Shown here piece after piece: positions 51,267-61,347 of a stretch of 64,000 bases of DNA. The notes under the pieces were generated by a model. The model was given only the letters and a program-made list of their open reading frames with translations. It was not told the DNA's origin and did not search any database. A program made the position numbers and the translations under genes. Source of the DNA: Nitrosopumilaceae archaeon (GTDB lineage: Archaea; Thermoproteota; Nitrososphaeria; Nitrososphaerales; Nitrosopumilaceae); assembly GCA_965200155.1 (NCBI GenBank), contig CBDATR010000024.1, forward strand, positions 320,001 to 384,000, read 5' to 3'. Each line of letters opens with the position of its first letter. Positions within the stretch are counted from its first letter, which is position 1.

Positions 51267-53498
51267 TTACTGGAGTGTCGTGAATGTCTTGATATTTGAG
51301 AACATAGTAGTGTCGCCCTTGAGCCGGACTAGTACCTGGTATGAGGTATCTGAATCCAAGCCTGTTATAGTATACGTGGTACCTGAGACATGATGTGCAG
51401 AGTGACGACTGCCATCATTGTTATTGATACGCACTACATAATCTGTCATGGAATGGTACTGATTCCAAGATAGAGTGGCGCCATTAGTGGTTGGGTTCAC
51501 ATTCAGTACTATGGAGTCTTCGACTCCCGTCAAGCCGCCATTCGCTGAGAGTGTAGTGAATGTCTTGGTATTTGAGAACATAGTAGTGTCGCCCTTGAGC
51601 CGGACTAGTACCTGGTATGAGGTATCTGAATCCAAGCCTGTTATAGTATGAGTGGTTCCGGCAACATGATTCACGAGTACTCTTGCGCCATTGGAATCAT
51701 TCACGCGAATCACATAGTCGTTTGTATCACCATATTTCTGCCAGGAAGCAGTAGCACCATCAGTTTTACTAGTCACTACAAGTCCCCACATATGTGTCGG
51801 GAATGAGGGAGTGAAATGTATCTTGTGTGACTTTGTATTTTCATTACCATTTAGCTGGACCTCAACTCTATACGTGGTACCTGGTATCAAATCATGTATA
51901 GTATGTGAGATTCCATTTGCCACATGTCTGGTCGTATCGCCATCGTTCCCTGTTAGAAACACCACATAGCTATTACCATTCTCATACCGGTCCCAATGTA
52001 TTGTGATACTACTCTCATCTAAATAGCAGTAGCCAACACGTGACACTTTGTCTATACTACGTATTGGTTTAGTATTCCAAGTGGAGAATGTGATTGGGTC
52101 TGAATCCGTGGCCGGACCGGTAACCGGGTGAGATGGGGCCGATACCGTTACAGTATAAGATTGACATGGTTCAAGTCCATATAATCTATATTTAACAATG
52201 GAATCGGCCGGGGCGTGGTGTGTTGTATGACTCGTTACATGACCGGATGAATCCGTTACCTTCACAATATACTCAGACTGCCTGGATATTGCGGTCCACG
52301 TTAAATCTACATGAGTAGAGAATGTCTTGTGTACGGCAAGGTCTGCCAGTGGAAGATTAGTAGTAGAGAATGATTTTGTCGCGGAGCCTACCTCCATATA
52401 AGCACCAGTTCCATTATATAGGGCGCTGACCTTTAAGTTGTAGTTGGTGCCCGGTTGCAGGCTGTCAACGTCTAGATTAATGGTTGTATTGGCCTGATAA
52501 TAACCTGTATGGCCCTGTGTTATAATATCATCGGAGTCAGTCGTCACCCTATACCCAAAGAAACCCGGATGATTCGCCATCCACGAGAAGGATGCGGCAT
52601 GGTGCGATATAGCAGTGGTATCCAGGTCCTCTATCATAATGGAATGGTTCGTGTCCCTGGTTTCAAAGTTGAACGAGCCGACGCTCATTGCTTTGGTATT
52701 ATCAGCGTATACATTTACCATATAGGTTGTGCCTGGTTCTAGTCCGGATATGCGTGTCATGCCCTCACTAGCCATACCAGATGCTACTACCTCATCACTA
52801 GTAGATACCTCATAGTATGATGAGTCTACATTCCACGACATGAATATAGTGTCATGCCCTATTTCTGTAGAGGGGATGAATGGACTGGTGGTCACAATAT
52901 CTAAACTTAGAAGGATAGCATTATCAAGACCAAATACATAGCCGCCAGTATACCTTGTCTCCGGTTTCAGATCCGTAACAGTAATAGTCGATCCTGTCGT
53001 GTAGTATACAGTCTCCGGACCATCAAGAAAAACTCCAGTGGTAGATACTCGGTCCTCTGGCGCTAGTTCTACGGTGAGAGTAGTATCCGTTATTTCTATG
53101 ATACGGGGTACCTCTATGCTACTTTCAGTGACGTTCAGTATAAAGTCATCATTGGCACGATCATTAACATTGGTTTTGTCCCATATGGTAATGCGAAGTT
53201 GGTATAAGCCAAATTGAGTACGGTCGGGTACTGCAAAAAGTTCAAATAAACCATGCCGTGAAGGTTTAGTTCCAATAAAATCGGGCGCTTTGGTACCGTT
53301 CTGATATTTTACCTCATAGTAGGAGTCAGTTGCATTAATTATGTAAGACCCTATCGTGCCCGCTTCTAGTTCGACTTCACCTAGTGGAGCGGTGAACTCT
53401 GGTGCAGCGGCGTATGCGGACGTTGCAAATGTAGTTATGATGATGAGTAATAGGATTGATTGTACCCCCCCCGGGAACCATAATAATACTAACAACAT
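51267..53498 (-). CDS. Secreted multi-fibronectin type III domain protein
   Basis: Signal peptide (..TSAYA/AAPEF) and about 7 FN3 repeats (W..., L.P.T.Y.V.V); last two nearly duplicated. Confidence 0.9.
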   Translation of the reverse strand: MLLVLLWFPGGVQSILLLIIITTFATSAYAAAPEFTAPLGEVELEAGTIGSYIINATDSYYEVKYQNGTKAPDFIGTKPSRHGLFELFAVPDRTQFGLYQLRITIWDKTNVNDRANDDFILNVTESSIEVPRIIEITDTTLTVELAPEDRVSTTGVFLDGPETVYYTTGSTITVTDLKPETRYTGGYVFGLDNAILLSLDIVTTSPFIPSTEIGHDTIFMSWNVDSSYYEVSTSDEVVASGMASEGMTRISGLEPGTTYMVNVYADNTKAMSVGSFNFETRDTNHSIMIEDLDTTAISHHAASFSWMANHPGFFGYRVTTDSDDIITQGHTGYYQANTTINLDVDSLQPGTNYNLKVSALYNGTGAYMEVGSATKSFSTTNLPLADLAVHKTFSTHVDLTWTAISRQSEYIVKVTDSSGHVTSHTTHHAPADSIVKYRLYGLEPCQSYTVTVSAPSHPVTGPATDSDPITFSTWNTKPIRSIDKVSRVGYCYLDESSITIHWDRYENGNSYVVFLTGNDGDTTRHVANGISHTIHDLIPGTTYRVEVQLNGNENTKSHKIHFTPSFPTHMWGLVVTSKTDGATASWQKYGDTNDYVIRVNDSNGARVLVNHVAGTTHTITGLDSDTSYQVLVRLKGDTTMFSNTKTFTTLSANGGLTGVEDSIVLNVNPTTNGATLSWNQYHSMTDYVVRINNNDGSRHSAHHVSGTTYTITGLDSDTSYQVLVRLKGDTTMFSNIKTFTTLQ

Positions 53499-54189
53499 AG
53501 AACAATAAAAGGATTACGTGGTTGTCAGTTATATGTCACCTTTTGGTGATCAGAGCAGGACGCAATTCTCTTTATAGGTATACCATACCCGGATATCGTA
53601 GAAATGGGACCCACACTCCGGGTAAGGACGGGGATAACAGGGTAATCAGTCCATATTCAATCCATGTATTGCACTTGAATCCATGTACCTACTTTACAGC
53701 GCCAATGACAGGTATGTGTTTAATTGGAATCTTTTCCGCACGTAACGCATCCCAAATCTTTGGCACGCCCACAGCTGGTTCTTCGCCGCACATTGAAGGG
53801 TCTCTGATTCTAGCCGGTATTAGTGTGGTTTCCAATTATTGCCGCGCTAGATTGGGATTGTGTGGGCAGGAGACCCCCCTCCTGCGCGCCATGAGTGGAG
53901 AGGCAGGAATCCCATGCGGGACATATGTCAAAGATGAGCAAACTAGGGGACTTTTATCTAAAAGTCCAACTAGAAGGTAGCGAAAGGATGTAACAGGCGA
54001 TGATTAGTGGAGATATTCATGAAACCGTATTCAAGTGAGTGGACGTGACAGTCATAATCATGTATTAACATCAAAGACACCGTTGCAAACCTTGCTCTAT
54101 TCCCATACTGTACCTGCAATGACTAGGCGACTGGTGGGAAAAATCATTCCTGGACGCTCAGGTTGGATTGACCCGCAACAGGAGTCCAA

Positions 54190-54786
54190 ACACTACTTGG
54201 TTATGCTTATCTGTCCGACTAACAGACTTTTAGATTTCAGTGTCCGCCGCAATAACCCATGGCAGGTATGAGTTCACCTGTGTCTAAATGGAACGGGTCA
54301 TTCTATAACTGATCGCGACAGTTAAAGAACCGGTTCTTTTGTGCACAAGATTCCGGAAGACGTGAACTCATACCATGGCAGTGGTCGCGGCTCCAAAGAG
54401 TATGTTTAGGACATTGGCATCCACGCCGGTGGACATCATTGTAAACATCAACATCATTAATCCACCCAGACCGGCAAATATCATCATGGTTAAAGGAAGC
54501 TGCTTTGGCGGAGGCCTTGTCTGCTTGCCAGTGGGCTTTTCCGGAATGACGCCATTCTTTACTGCCTCCAGGCATACGAACAGTACCGACCATGATTGTG
54601 TGATTTCAGGTAATAGTATTCCACGCCGCAGAATGAGCAGGGCTTAGTGGGTATTCCGTGATGATCAAACTCCCGGCCAAGATCCACCATGCAATTCTTG
54701 CAGTAGTGGCCGGGAATTCGCCACATGTTCTGGAACTTGTATTTCTTCCAGCTTAGCGTCTTGCCACAACCACTACAGTTAGTCAT
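54190..54786 (-). pseudogene. Zn-finger/membrane protein gene, frameshifted and MITE-interrupted
   Basis: CxxC-rich N-terminus; shifted-frame PLTMMIFAGLGGLMM...FGAATTAM, cut by MITE A. Confidence 0.6.
54266..54373. mobile_element. MITE family A variant with two patches
   Basis: Perfect TSD CATGGCAG. Confidence 0.92.
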
Positions 54787-54835
54787 GTCTTTCTCTCATC
54801 ATTACCTTCTTAATACCTGCTCTGGCCTCTATTAT

Positions 54836-55088
54836 GGAAATTATATACGAAAGTAGCACGGCAGTAGGACTTTCACTAGAATAATGATTCCAGTCCAGGA
54901 ATGGCGGCATAGTTACAATAAGTCGTATAACAAGTTCAGCCAGGGAACCGGTTCTATTCCATGGAATGATGAATCATTCTAGTTACGCGTAGCGCCATTC
55001 TTGGACTGGAACGGGTTACGTTCCATTCCACTTTCGTCCCTAGTTGGAGCGATACGCTTCTCCTGTCCTACGTTCGTATATAATTCCC
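54836..55088. mobile_element. MITE family G, inverted copy; right arm of the composite
   Basis: Near reverse complement of 50711-50959. Confidence 0.85.
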
Positions 55089-55469
55089 AGTTTACCGTTA
55101 GCGCCTATAGATCCGGCTAGTTTGTCCCGCAGTATTTTGACTTTCGGATGTACCATCCGTCAGTTATTGAGCAAATTAGTATGTGCTTGCGGTTGAGCTG
55201 CTCCCTTAGTTGAGCTAAATATTCCTCACGCAATGCCAATTCTTTACGTTTCCTTGGCATTGGTTGACTCCAGCTCTTCCCCCTCTCAGACAACCGGCAG
55301 ATAATCAAATCTTTCTCTTCATTGATCTTGGTGTTTCTTTCGTATTCAGCCATGACCTTGGCTAACTTGTCCCGTAGAATCTCAACCTCGGGGTCTTCCA
55401 TATGTCGTGTATTGGACTAATCAGAATATATGGTTAAGTCATGGTGCGACCTAAACAGTTACGGACACA

Positions 55470-56050
55470 CCGTTAGTCAGCGCGTTTCCGGGTGGCGGCT
55501 TATCTGTTGGTCCTGCCAGAGATGGCAACTGTTGCAATGGGTCCGGAACTTTCCAATTCCAGGGTGTGCTCCCTGTCCAGTTGTGGCTCTTCTGCATACG
55601 AGCCCAGTACTGCATTGTTTAACATGCACGTATCCCCAACCCACTCGCCGGTAATCGTAAATGCATATGCTCTCCCAGTCCGCGAGCACTGATGAATCCG
55701 CGCCTCTTTTTCCATTTGGCCCTTATCCACTCAGCACGATTCAAGGCCGGTCGAGTCAACAATCATGGTTCTAGTCAGCTTTTTGTCTGTGCCGACAATC
55801 ATGCCATTCCCCTTGTCGATGTCAAGATCTTTTCCGCGTCTGTATAGTGGAGTAGTACGGGGTTTGGTGCCCTTCCAGTAGTCCTGCAAGGAATCCGGAT
55901 ACCTACCTGTATCTCATACCTAATGCCGTTCTCAGTGTCATGTAATATGCCCACGGCATACTGGCAGGGAGCACCTCCTTGTTATGGTTGGCCTTTTCAA
56001 TCCCATGCATGATCAAGCCAAATAGCTTCCCGCTGGACGTACTTGACATT
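55470..56050 (-). pseudogene. IS5-family-like transposase relic
   Basis: MIVDSTG DDE motif, TPLYRRGKDLDI, AFTITGEWVGD. Confidence 0.6.
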
Positions 56051-56109
56051 GTCGGTGAATACCATCAAGTTTGTTTAAAAAATCTCAGATGTTAATGCTT
56101 GGATCCAAG

Positions 56110-57059
56110 TTAGTAATCACTGACAGAATAAACGAAAATACTCAAACCGTTTCCCACATACATTTTTGATCTAACTTGTTTGGAGTTATGCAACAAACTA
56201 TGTCGTAGTCGAGTGATTTGTTTCTCAATCTTTCGCTTTCTGCGCTTGCCCTTTCGCGTTCTAATACTCTGGAGTGCGCTAATCTCCCGCAATATGGAAC
56301 GATGTCTCATGTCATGATCATCGTTCTGCCATTCGTGTCAGCTGTTACAGCTAGATGTTTCCCGCCTACATCCATGCCACGAACAACGCCGGTCGGCAGG
56401 TGGTTTCTCCCGTATATTGATGTGAGTCGCGAATTGACGCTCTCTGCTCTTGTTAACTCGTTCCACTATCTTGAATGAGCGCATATCTTGGGAACGATCT
56501 ATTGGTTTGGTTGTTCTCACCACATCAATGCCCGACAGGCATAGTTCGCGAGAACCGCGCCTTATTGGCGGATTCACACAAGACAGTATTATTCTATTAT
56601 GGTCACGCCGGTGTGGTATATAATTAGAATGATCCTCGTACGCCCGCCTGCACGCGATAGACGCCTGTGGTATGGCACCCCGACCATAGTTGGATGGTAA
56701 CTCGCGCACCCACTCCAGATCACGGCGCCACTTTATCAATTCCAAGAACAAACCATTCTTGTTGGGCAGGTAAACCGTCCCCTGATAACCGTTCTAGAAC
56801 GCGGTAGCTGATTCACGTATAATGAATCACCCTTCTTTAGGCCGTATGGTGACTTGGCTGACTCGTTCTTATTCTTGACCTTGGCCGGATCATGCTTCAA
56901 TTCAAGAGTGGTTCCGGGTATGCAGTAGCCACCAAGACTGATCTCGGATACCGCTCTATTATAGACATAATCGGATGTGTGATCAAATATCTTGGCGCGC
57001 CGGGAGAACTCCTTATCATTCTTCAACGGTATAACGACGGTCCGAATTATGTCATCCAT
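56110..57059 (-). pseudogene. TnpB/Cas12f-like nuclease pseudogene (several frameshifts, 3' truncated)
   Basis: RTVVIPL..YVYNRAV; LELIKWRRDLEW; RuvC-I VRGMDVGGKHLAVT; basic bridge helix RKGKRRKRKIEKQI. Confidence 0.8.
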
Positions 57060-57246
57060 TATCTGGTGATTCTACTCTAGTAGTGGTTCTATAAGAGTAC
57101 GGTCCTATACCCGGCAAAGACTTGTGGTGGGCGCTATACAATTTATGCGCATAGTCAATACCGGAACTCGTACTGTGAGTAGCCCTACAGAATACTGATT
57201 CGTGTGTTTTTAAAATAGTTAAATTCTATTCTGATACCACCGAATC

Positions 57247-57867
57247 ATGGAGAAGATATACCCTCTCGGATACAAACCGGCCAAGTCCGGAAGTGAGCCA
57301 GACACACGCAACAAGTTACTCGATGCCATACTGCAGGTGAAGACTGGCGAGCGTATAGACACAGAAATGTTCGCGGTCATGGCAAAACGCCGATCCACCA
57401 GAAGATTCAGGGACGATGTGGTAGAGCAGTCCAAGATAGACAAGATAATAGCGGCGGCAGATACTGCCCCAACCGCCGGAAACTTTCAGGGTTTTGAGAT
57501 ATATCACATCAAGGATGCAGAAAAGAAGCGGAACCTAATAGGCGCCTGTAATAATCAGGCATATGTGAATGCGCCTGCAGTATTAGCATTCTGCAAGAAC
57601 CCCGCAAGGGTCAAGTTCGATTTTCCAGAGGATATACTGGAAAAATTTGCCATACAGGATGCCACACTAGCCGCGGCATATTCGCAGTTAGCCGCCCATG
57701 CAGTCGGACTGAGTACAATATGGATAGGCATGTTTGATGAGCAGAAAGTAATGGATGTTATTGGTACCACCCTTGTTCCATCATCCATACTGTGCATAGG
57801 ATACGCTCAGAAGCAAAAGTACCCCAAGCGCCGCAGGCACCTGGAAGACGTGACACATATCGTGTGA
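57247..57867 (+). CDS. Nitroreductase family protein
   Basis: RRSTRRF, APTAGNFQ, GLSTIWIG. Confidence 0.93.
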   Translation: MEKIYPLGYKPAKSGSEPDTRNKLLDAILQVKTGERIDTEMFAVMAKRRSTRRFRDDVVEQSKIDKIIAAADTAPTAGNFQGFEIYHIKDAEKKRNLIGACNNQAYVNAPAVLAFCKNPARVKFDFPEDILEKFAIQDATLAAAYSQLAAHAVGLSTIWIGMFDEQKVMDVIGTTLVPSSILCIGYAQKQKYPKRRRHLEDVTHIV

Positions 57868-57868
57868 G

Positions 57869-58972
57869 TCACCGACGAATCATTAACAACATGTCATCGC
57901 TGTCTGCCGGAAAGCCCTTGCCGTCTGTGTTGGAGGTTATCACGTATAGTGCCCCTGCATCATCCTGTGCTACATCCCGGATGCGGCCCACACCACTAAG
58001 TATGTTCTTCTGGGATGACAATCCCGTATCGACATCTATCTCAAGCAGGCTGGAGGTACGCAGTGATGCAATCACCGCATAACCGGGAGTGGCCACATCT
58101 CCGGACGGGAAGAGTATTCCCCCAGGCTCAATGGCTGGATCATAGCATATAACGGCATCAATATAGTCGCCACCTGCACACTCTACATCGGGCCAGCCGT
58201 AGTTGCCGCCAGGCACTATGCGGTTTATCTCATCGCTCTTTTCCGGGCCGGACTCTGCCACATACATCTCTCCCTGATCATTCCATGCAATCCCCCGGGG
58301 ACTGCGATGGCCCAAGGAATAGACCAGCGAGTCCTCAAAGGGGTTATCAACAGGTACGCTTCCGTCGGGCATCATGCGCAACACCTTGCCCGCCAATGAA
58401 CTCACATCCTGTGGCAGATGCGATGAGTCTGAGGGCGTCCCGGTCCCCACATACAGCATGCCATCAGGTCCAAAATGCATTACCCCCCCATTGGTAAACT
58501 GGGATCCTGGTATTCCGTCCAGTATTGTTGTCGCGTCCACAAGTTTGTTGTCCACGATTCTTACCTCCAATATTCGGTTGTACAGCATATCGTTATCGGA
58601 TACGTAAGATATGTAGACGTACACCAAACCGTTACTGTCATGGTCCGGGTGTATAGCCACACCACTAAGTCCCGCATCAAAGGCCTCGGCGGGCCTTAGT
58701 GTGGCAACGGGATCTTGTTGCAGTATGCCACCCTGTACAAGCCGGAGGCGCCCTTCCCGCTCTGTTATGAATATCATGTCCCCATGAACAGCAATGTGAC
58801 GGGGCTTGTCCAGGTTCTGTGCCAATATAGTCACAGAATCATCAGGTCCGCCGGTAGGGGGTGCGGGGACCTGTACCGGATCCGACGGAGATGTCAATAC
58901 CCATACCGAGAATGCCACCGCGGCCCCTATGGCCACAATGCGTATCTTTTTGTCCAAACTCATCGTAGACAT
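57869..58972 (-). CDS. PQQ-dependent glucose/sorbosone dehydrogenase-family protein
   Basis: FGPDGMLYVGTG, LAGKVLR, SLGHR.P, DEIN...GGNYGWP. Confidence 0.92.
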   Translation of the reverse strand: MSTMSLDKKIRIVAIGAAVAFSVWVLTSPSDPVQVPAPPTGGPDDSVTILAQNLDKPRHIAVHGDMIFITEREGRLRLVQGGILQQDPVATLRPAEAFDAGLSGVAIHPDHDSNGLVYVYISYVSDNDMLYNRILEVRIVDNKLVDATTILDGIPGSQFTNGGVMHFGPDGMLYVGTGTPSDSSHLPQDVSSLAGKVLRMMPDGSVPVDNPFEDSLVYSLGHRSPRGIAWNDQGEMYVAESGPEKSDEINRIVPGGNYGWPDVECAGGDYIDAVICYDPAIEPGGILFPSGDVATPGYAVIASLRTSSLLEIDVDTGLSSQKNILSGVGRIRDVAQDDAGALYVITSNTDGKGFPADSDDMLLMIRR

Positions 58973-59393
58973 GTCTTTACATTGGTATAATCTTAGTTAT
59001 CCAAAATCCAGTCCCTGTACTGAAAATAAGCATCCTTGAGATGGAGTTAACCCATACCGGATTCTCCTGCATAATCGCAATGAACCAAAAAAAAAGGCGG
59101 CATGATCAGGCGCGGATAGTTTGAGATTATCTCAGCATTGAAAGTGCGCATGGATACGACAGCTGCGGCAAGCATGAGCGTATCACATGGAATCTGTTTC
59201 CATATCTACCCGGAATGGCCATCATTCTTGCGTGCGTGACGCACAAGCAGGACAGGAATGGTACGGCACTGATTCCTTGTTAGTCGGCATCATAAAAGTG
59301 GGGCTGCATGCACCTACTGTTATTGTGAAGTCGGGAGTTGAATATACGTCCATTTCTGCAACAAACTTCAGACCGCGCATGTACGGCAGCATT

Positions 59394-59843
59394 TCAGCGC
59401 ATGAGCCAAGACCAGTATTTGGTAAAAATTGATCTCTCCTTGTGCAGGCTCACCTGAGCTTTGCAATCTTGATCCTTTAACCTACTCTCGAATATTGCCA
59501 GTGCAGCATCCTCATTATGTACACGACCATTTTTAGACTGCATATGTGTGAGCAACCCGTGTACGAACCACTCTTGAACGTATACGGTGTAGAACCACCA
59601 TCCCATGGCGAATTGAGCCTCGTCACTAAGTTTGTGGCCGGAACCGACAGCTGGTGAACCCTCCATACTAACAGATGCCAACACCGCAAGATCCGCCAGT
59701 ATTTTTCGTACAACAGGGGCATCAGAGTCCAGATTTCTGGAAGCGATTTTAAAAAATGGTATCCATTCATCGGTCAATGACAAGCATAGCGCCATCATGG
59801 ATTTAAGAGACACCCGCTTTTGCAACTCCTCAAGCCATCTCAA
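59394..59843 (-). CDS. Hypothetical protein
   Basis: Clean 149-aa ORF with no recognisable motif. Confidence 0.5.
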   Translation of the reverse strand: MRWLEELQKRVSLKSMMALCLSLTDEWIPFFKIASRNLDSDAPVVRKILADLAVLASVSMEGSPAVGSGHKLSDEAQFAMGWWFYTVYVQEWFVHGLLTHMQSKNGRVHNEDAALAIFESRLKDQDCKAQVSLHKERSIFTKYWSWLMR

Positions 59844-59902
59844 GCAAGGTGTATCATAGCCTCATCAAAAAGGCAAATATAATGCACCCACACAGACATT
59901 TT

Positions 59903-59993
59903 AGCGGGGTGGGGAAGTCAGACCACTTGTGGACTAAGTCATCCCGGCGGGCTCATAACCCGCAAACCAGTAGTTCAAATCTACTCCCCGCTA
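59903..59993 (+). tRNA. Initiator tRNA-Met(CAT) with a 16-nt D-loop intron
   Basis: A1-U72 pair; GGG/CCC anticodon stem (GCGGG CT CAT AA CCCGC); extra ACCACTTGTGGACTAA at 59922-59937. Confidence 0.9.
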
Positions 59994-59995
59994 CA

Positions 59996-61297
59996 TCAAT
60001 ACAATGAGAACCACTGTATACTGTTATCAAATGATATCCGGTTAAAGCGTCCCGCCCTTTGTGCAGGACGGCTGAGATGACGCTGTGCAGATATTTTGGG
60101 AAGGTACTGACACACATGTACGAGGCGCCTCATGGACACAGGTATACGATACGGAAATTGGTTCCCGCACCGGACGCATTCATAACCCTGGCTCCGGCCC
60201 TGCGACTTCATGCTCTTGTTGCATATACCACATCTCGGATTATGATACGATACTGATGCAGCCAGGCGCATTACCTGTAGTATCTCCACGCTTAGTGTAT
60301 CGGGATGATTCCCGTGGCCAGGCCGGACTCCACCTCCCACCATAACCTCATCTCCGGGTGCAAGTTTTGTCGCCACGCCAGATAGTCCCGTCGGCCGGTA
60401 TACCCAACACACTACATCACGATACCCGGCAGATATGCTAAACCACACGTGGCCACCGGCTGTCACTACACCAGGCTGCCGTACAATACCGCGTACCATC
60501 CCGGAAGCATGCGGCCTAAATGTTATCTTGTTCAAGATGTGATTCAGGTGCTCACCGGTCCCCTGATTCGTGCGAAATATCATGTGTCCGTGTAGCGGCT
60601 CATCATATGCAAGCATGCAGGCAGCCTGCCGCACCATGCCTGGACTCTCACCCCGCAGGCCATAGAACACAGGATCCGGGCCCCGGGGCATCATCAGTAC
60701 GCGAGAAGTATCAGTATCATAACTAGCAAAAGTCTGAGGGTATGTATCATCCTGCATGTTCATGACACTTGTAGCATCCATACTACGGGGCGTACCCAAT
60801 GCATCATCACGGCGATAAGTGATCAACTCTGCGGTAGAGTCACCAAACGTGTGCCCCACCGCAGCCATGGCACCCACCACTCCCTGACCATTTCCTATCT
60901 GCACGGTATGAACATGGCTGTTCCGGGCCACCCGCAAGGCATCATTCACATCTACCACATTCCACAGGGCATTGCGTCCCAGCGACACCATATCACGGGG
61001 CACGTCATGCCCCTCAAGAAATACTATGCCAGGATTGGCATCATTCATGGAATGACGCGTCACCATGTCTGTTACATACTGTTGTACAGCTACTGGATCC
61101 TGCGTCTCCACATGCAGTGATACAGCACCATTTCCCCTGGTCTTCCAGGGTATGTTTGGGTTAAGGCGCACAAGTCCAGGATACTGCAGGAATGTGACTC
61201 CGCGCCGCCGTAGTCCGCCAGCTATGAGGTACGCCAAGTATGTAGTGCACATACCATGTACAGAGTCGGTATCATCCATTCCTATGCGCAGCTCCAT
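59996..61297 (-). CDS. tiaS: tRNA(Ile2) agmatinylcytidine synthetase
   Basis: IGMDDTDS..GMCTT, LVRLNPNIPWKTRGNG, TNQGT, C-terminal Zn ribbon. Confidence 0.95.
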   Translation of the reverse strand: MELRIGMDDTDSVHGMCTTYLAYLIAGGLRRRGVTFLQYPGLVRLNPNIPWKTRGNGAVSLHVETQDPVAVQQYVTDMVTRHSMNDANPGIVFLEGHDVPRDMVSLGRNALWNVVDVNDALRVARNSHVHTVQIGNGQGVVGAMAAVGHTFGDSTAELITYRRDDALGTPRSMDATSVMNMQDDTYPQTFASYDTDTSRVLMMPRGPDPVFYGLRGESPGMVRQAACMLAYDEPLHGHMIFRTNQGTGEHLNHILNKITFRPHASGMVRGIVRQPGVVTAGGHVWFSISAGYRDVVCWVYRPTGLSGVATKLAPGDEVMVGGGVRPGHGNHPDTLSVEILQVMRLAASVSYHNPRCGICNKSMKSQGRSQGYECVRCGNQFPYRIPVSMRRLVHVCQYLPKISAQRHLSRPAQRAGRFNRISFDNSIQWFSLY

Positions 61298-61347
61298 TAT
61301 AACACGCCAAAGTTTGGTTTAAATTAAAAATTAGCCTCAACTGCCAT

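Larger units (their letters stand above)
49703..55462 (-). mobile_element. Decayed IS66-family element interrupted by a 4.4-kb composite insertion
   Basis: Ends GTAATCGTTTAGGTCAC (49703) and GCGACCTAAACAGTTAC (55462); transposase fragments DETP..GKTAYAW, RLRYYENPHTP, and an N-terminal coiled coil at 55117-55401. Confidence 0.82.

Noticed and set aside
53631-53646. GGGATAACAGGGTAAT, a 16/18 match to the I-SceI site and an LSU rRNA motif
   Set aside because: No surrounding rRNA or vector sequence; a single short match, treated as coincidence.
53522-53980. 152-aa ORF inside the composite cargo
   Set aside because: No recognisable motif and atypical composition; likely decayed DNA.
54543-54558. 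GGAATGACGCCATTCT as another palindromic scar
   Set aside because: On the minus strand it reads as plausible native coding sequence (KNGVIP) of the decayed Zn-finger gene.
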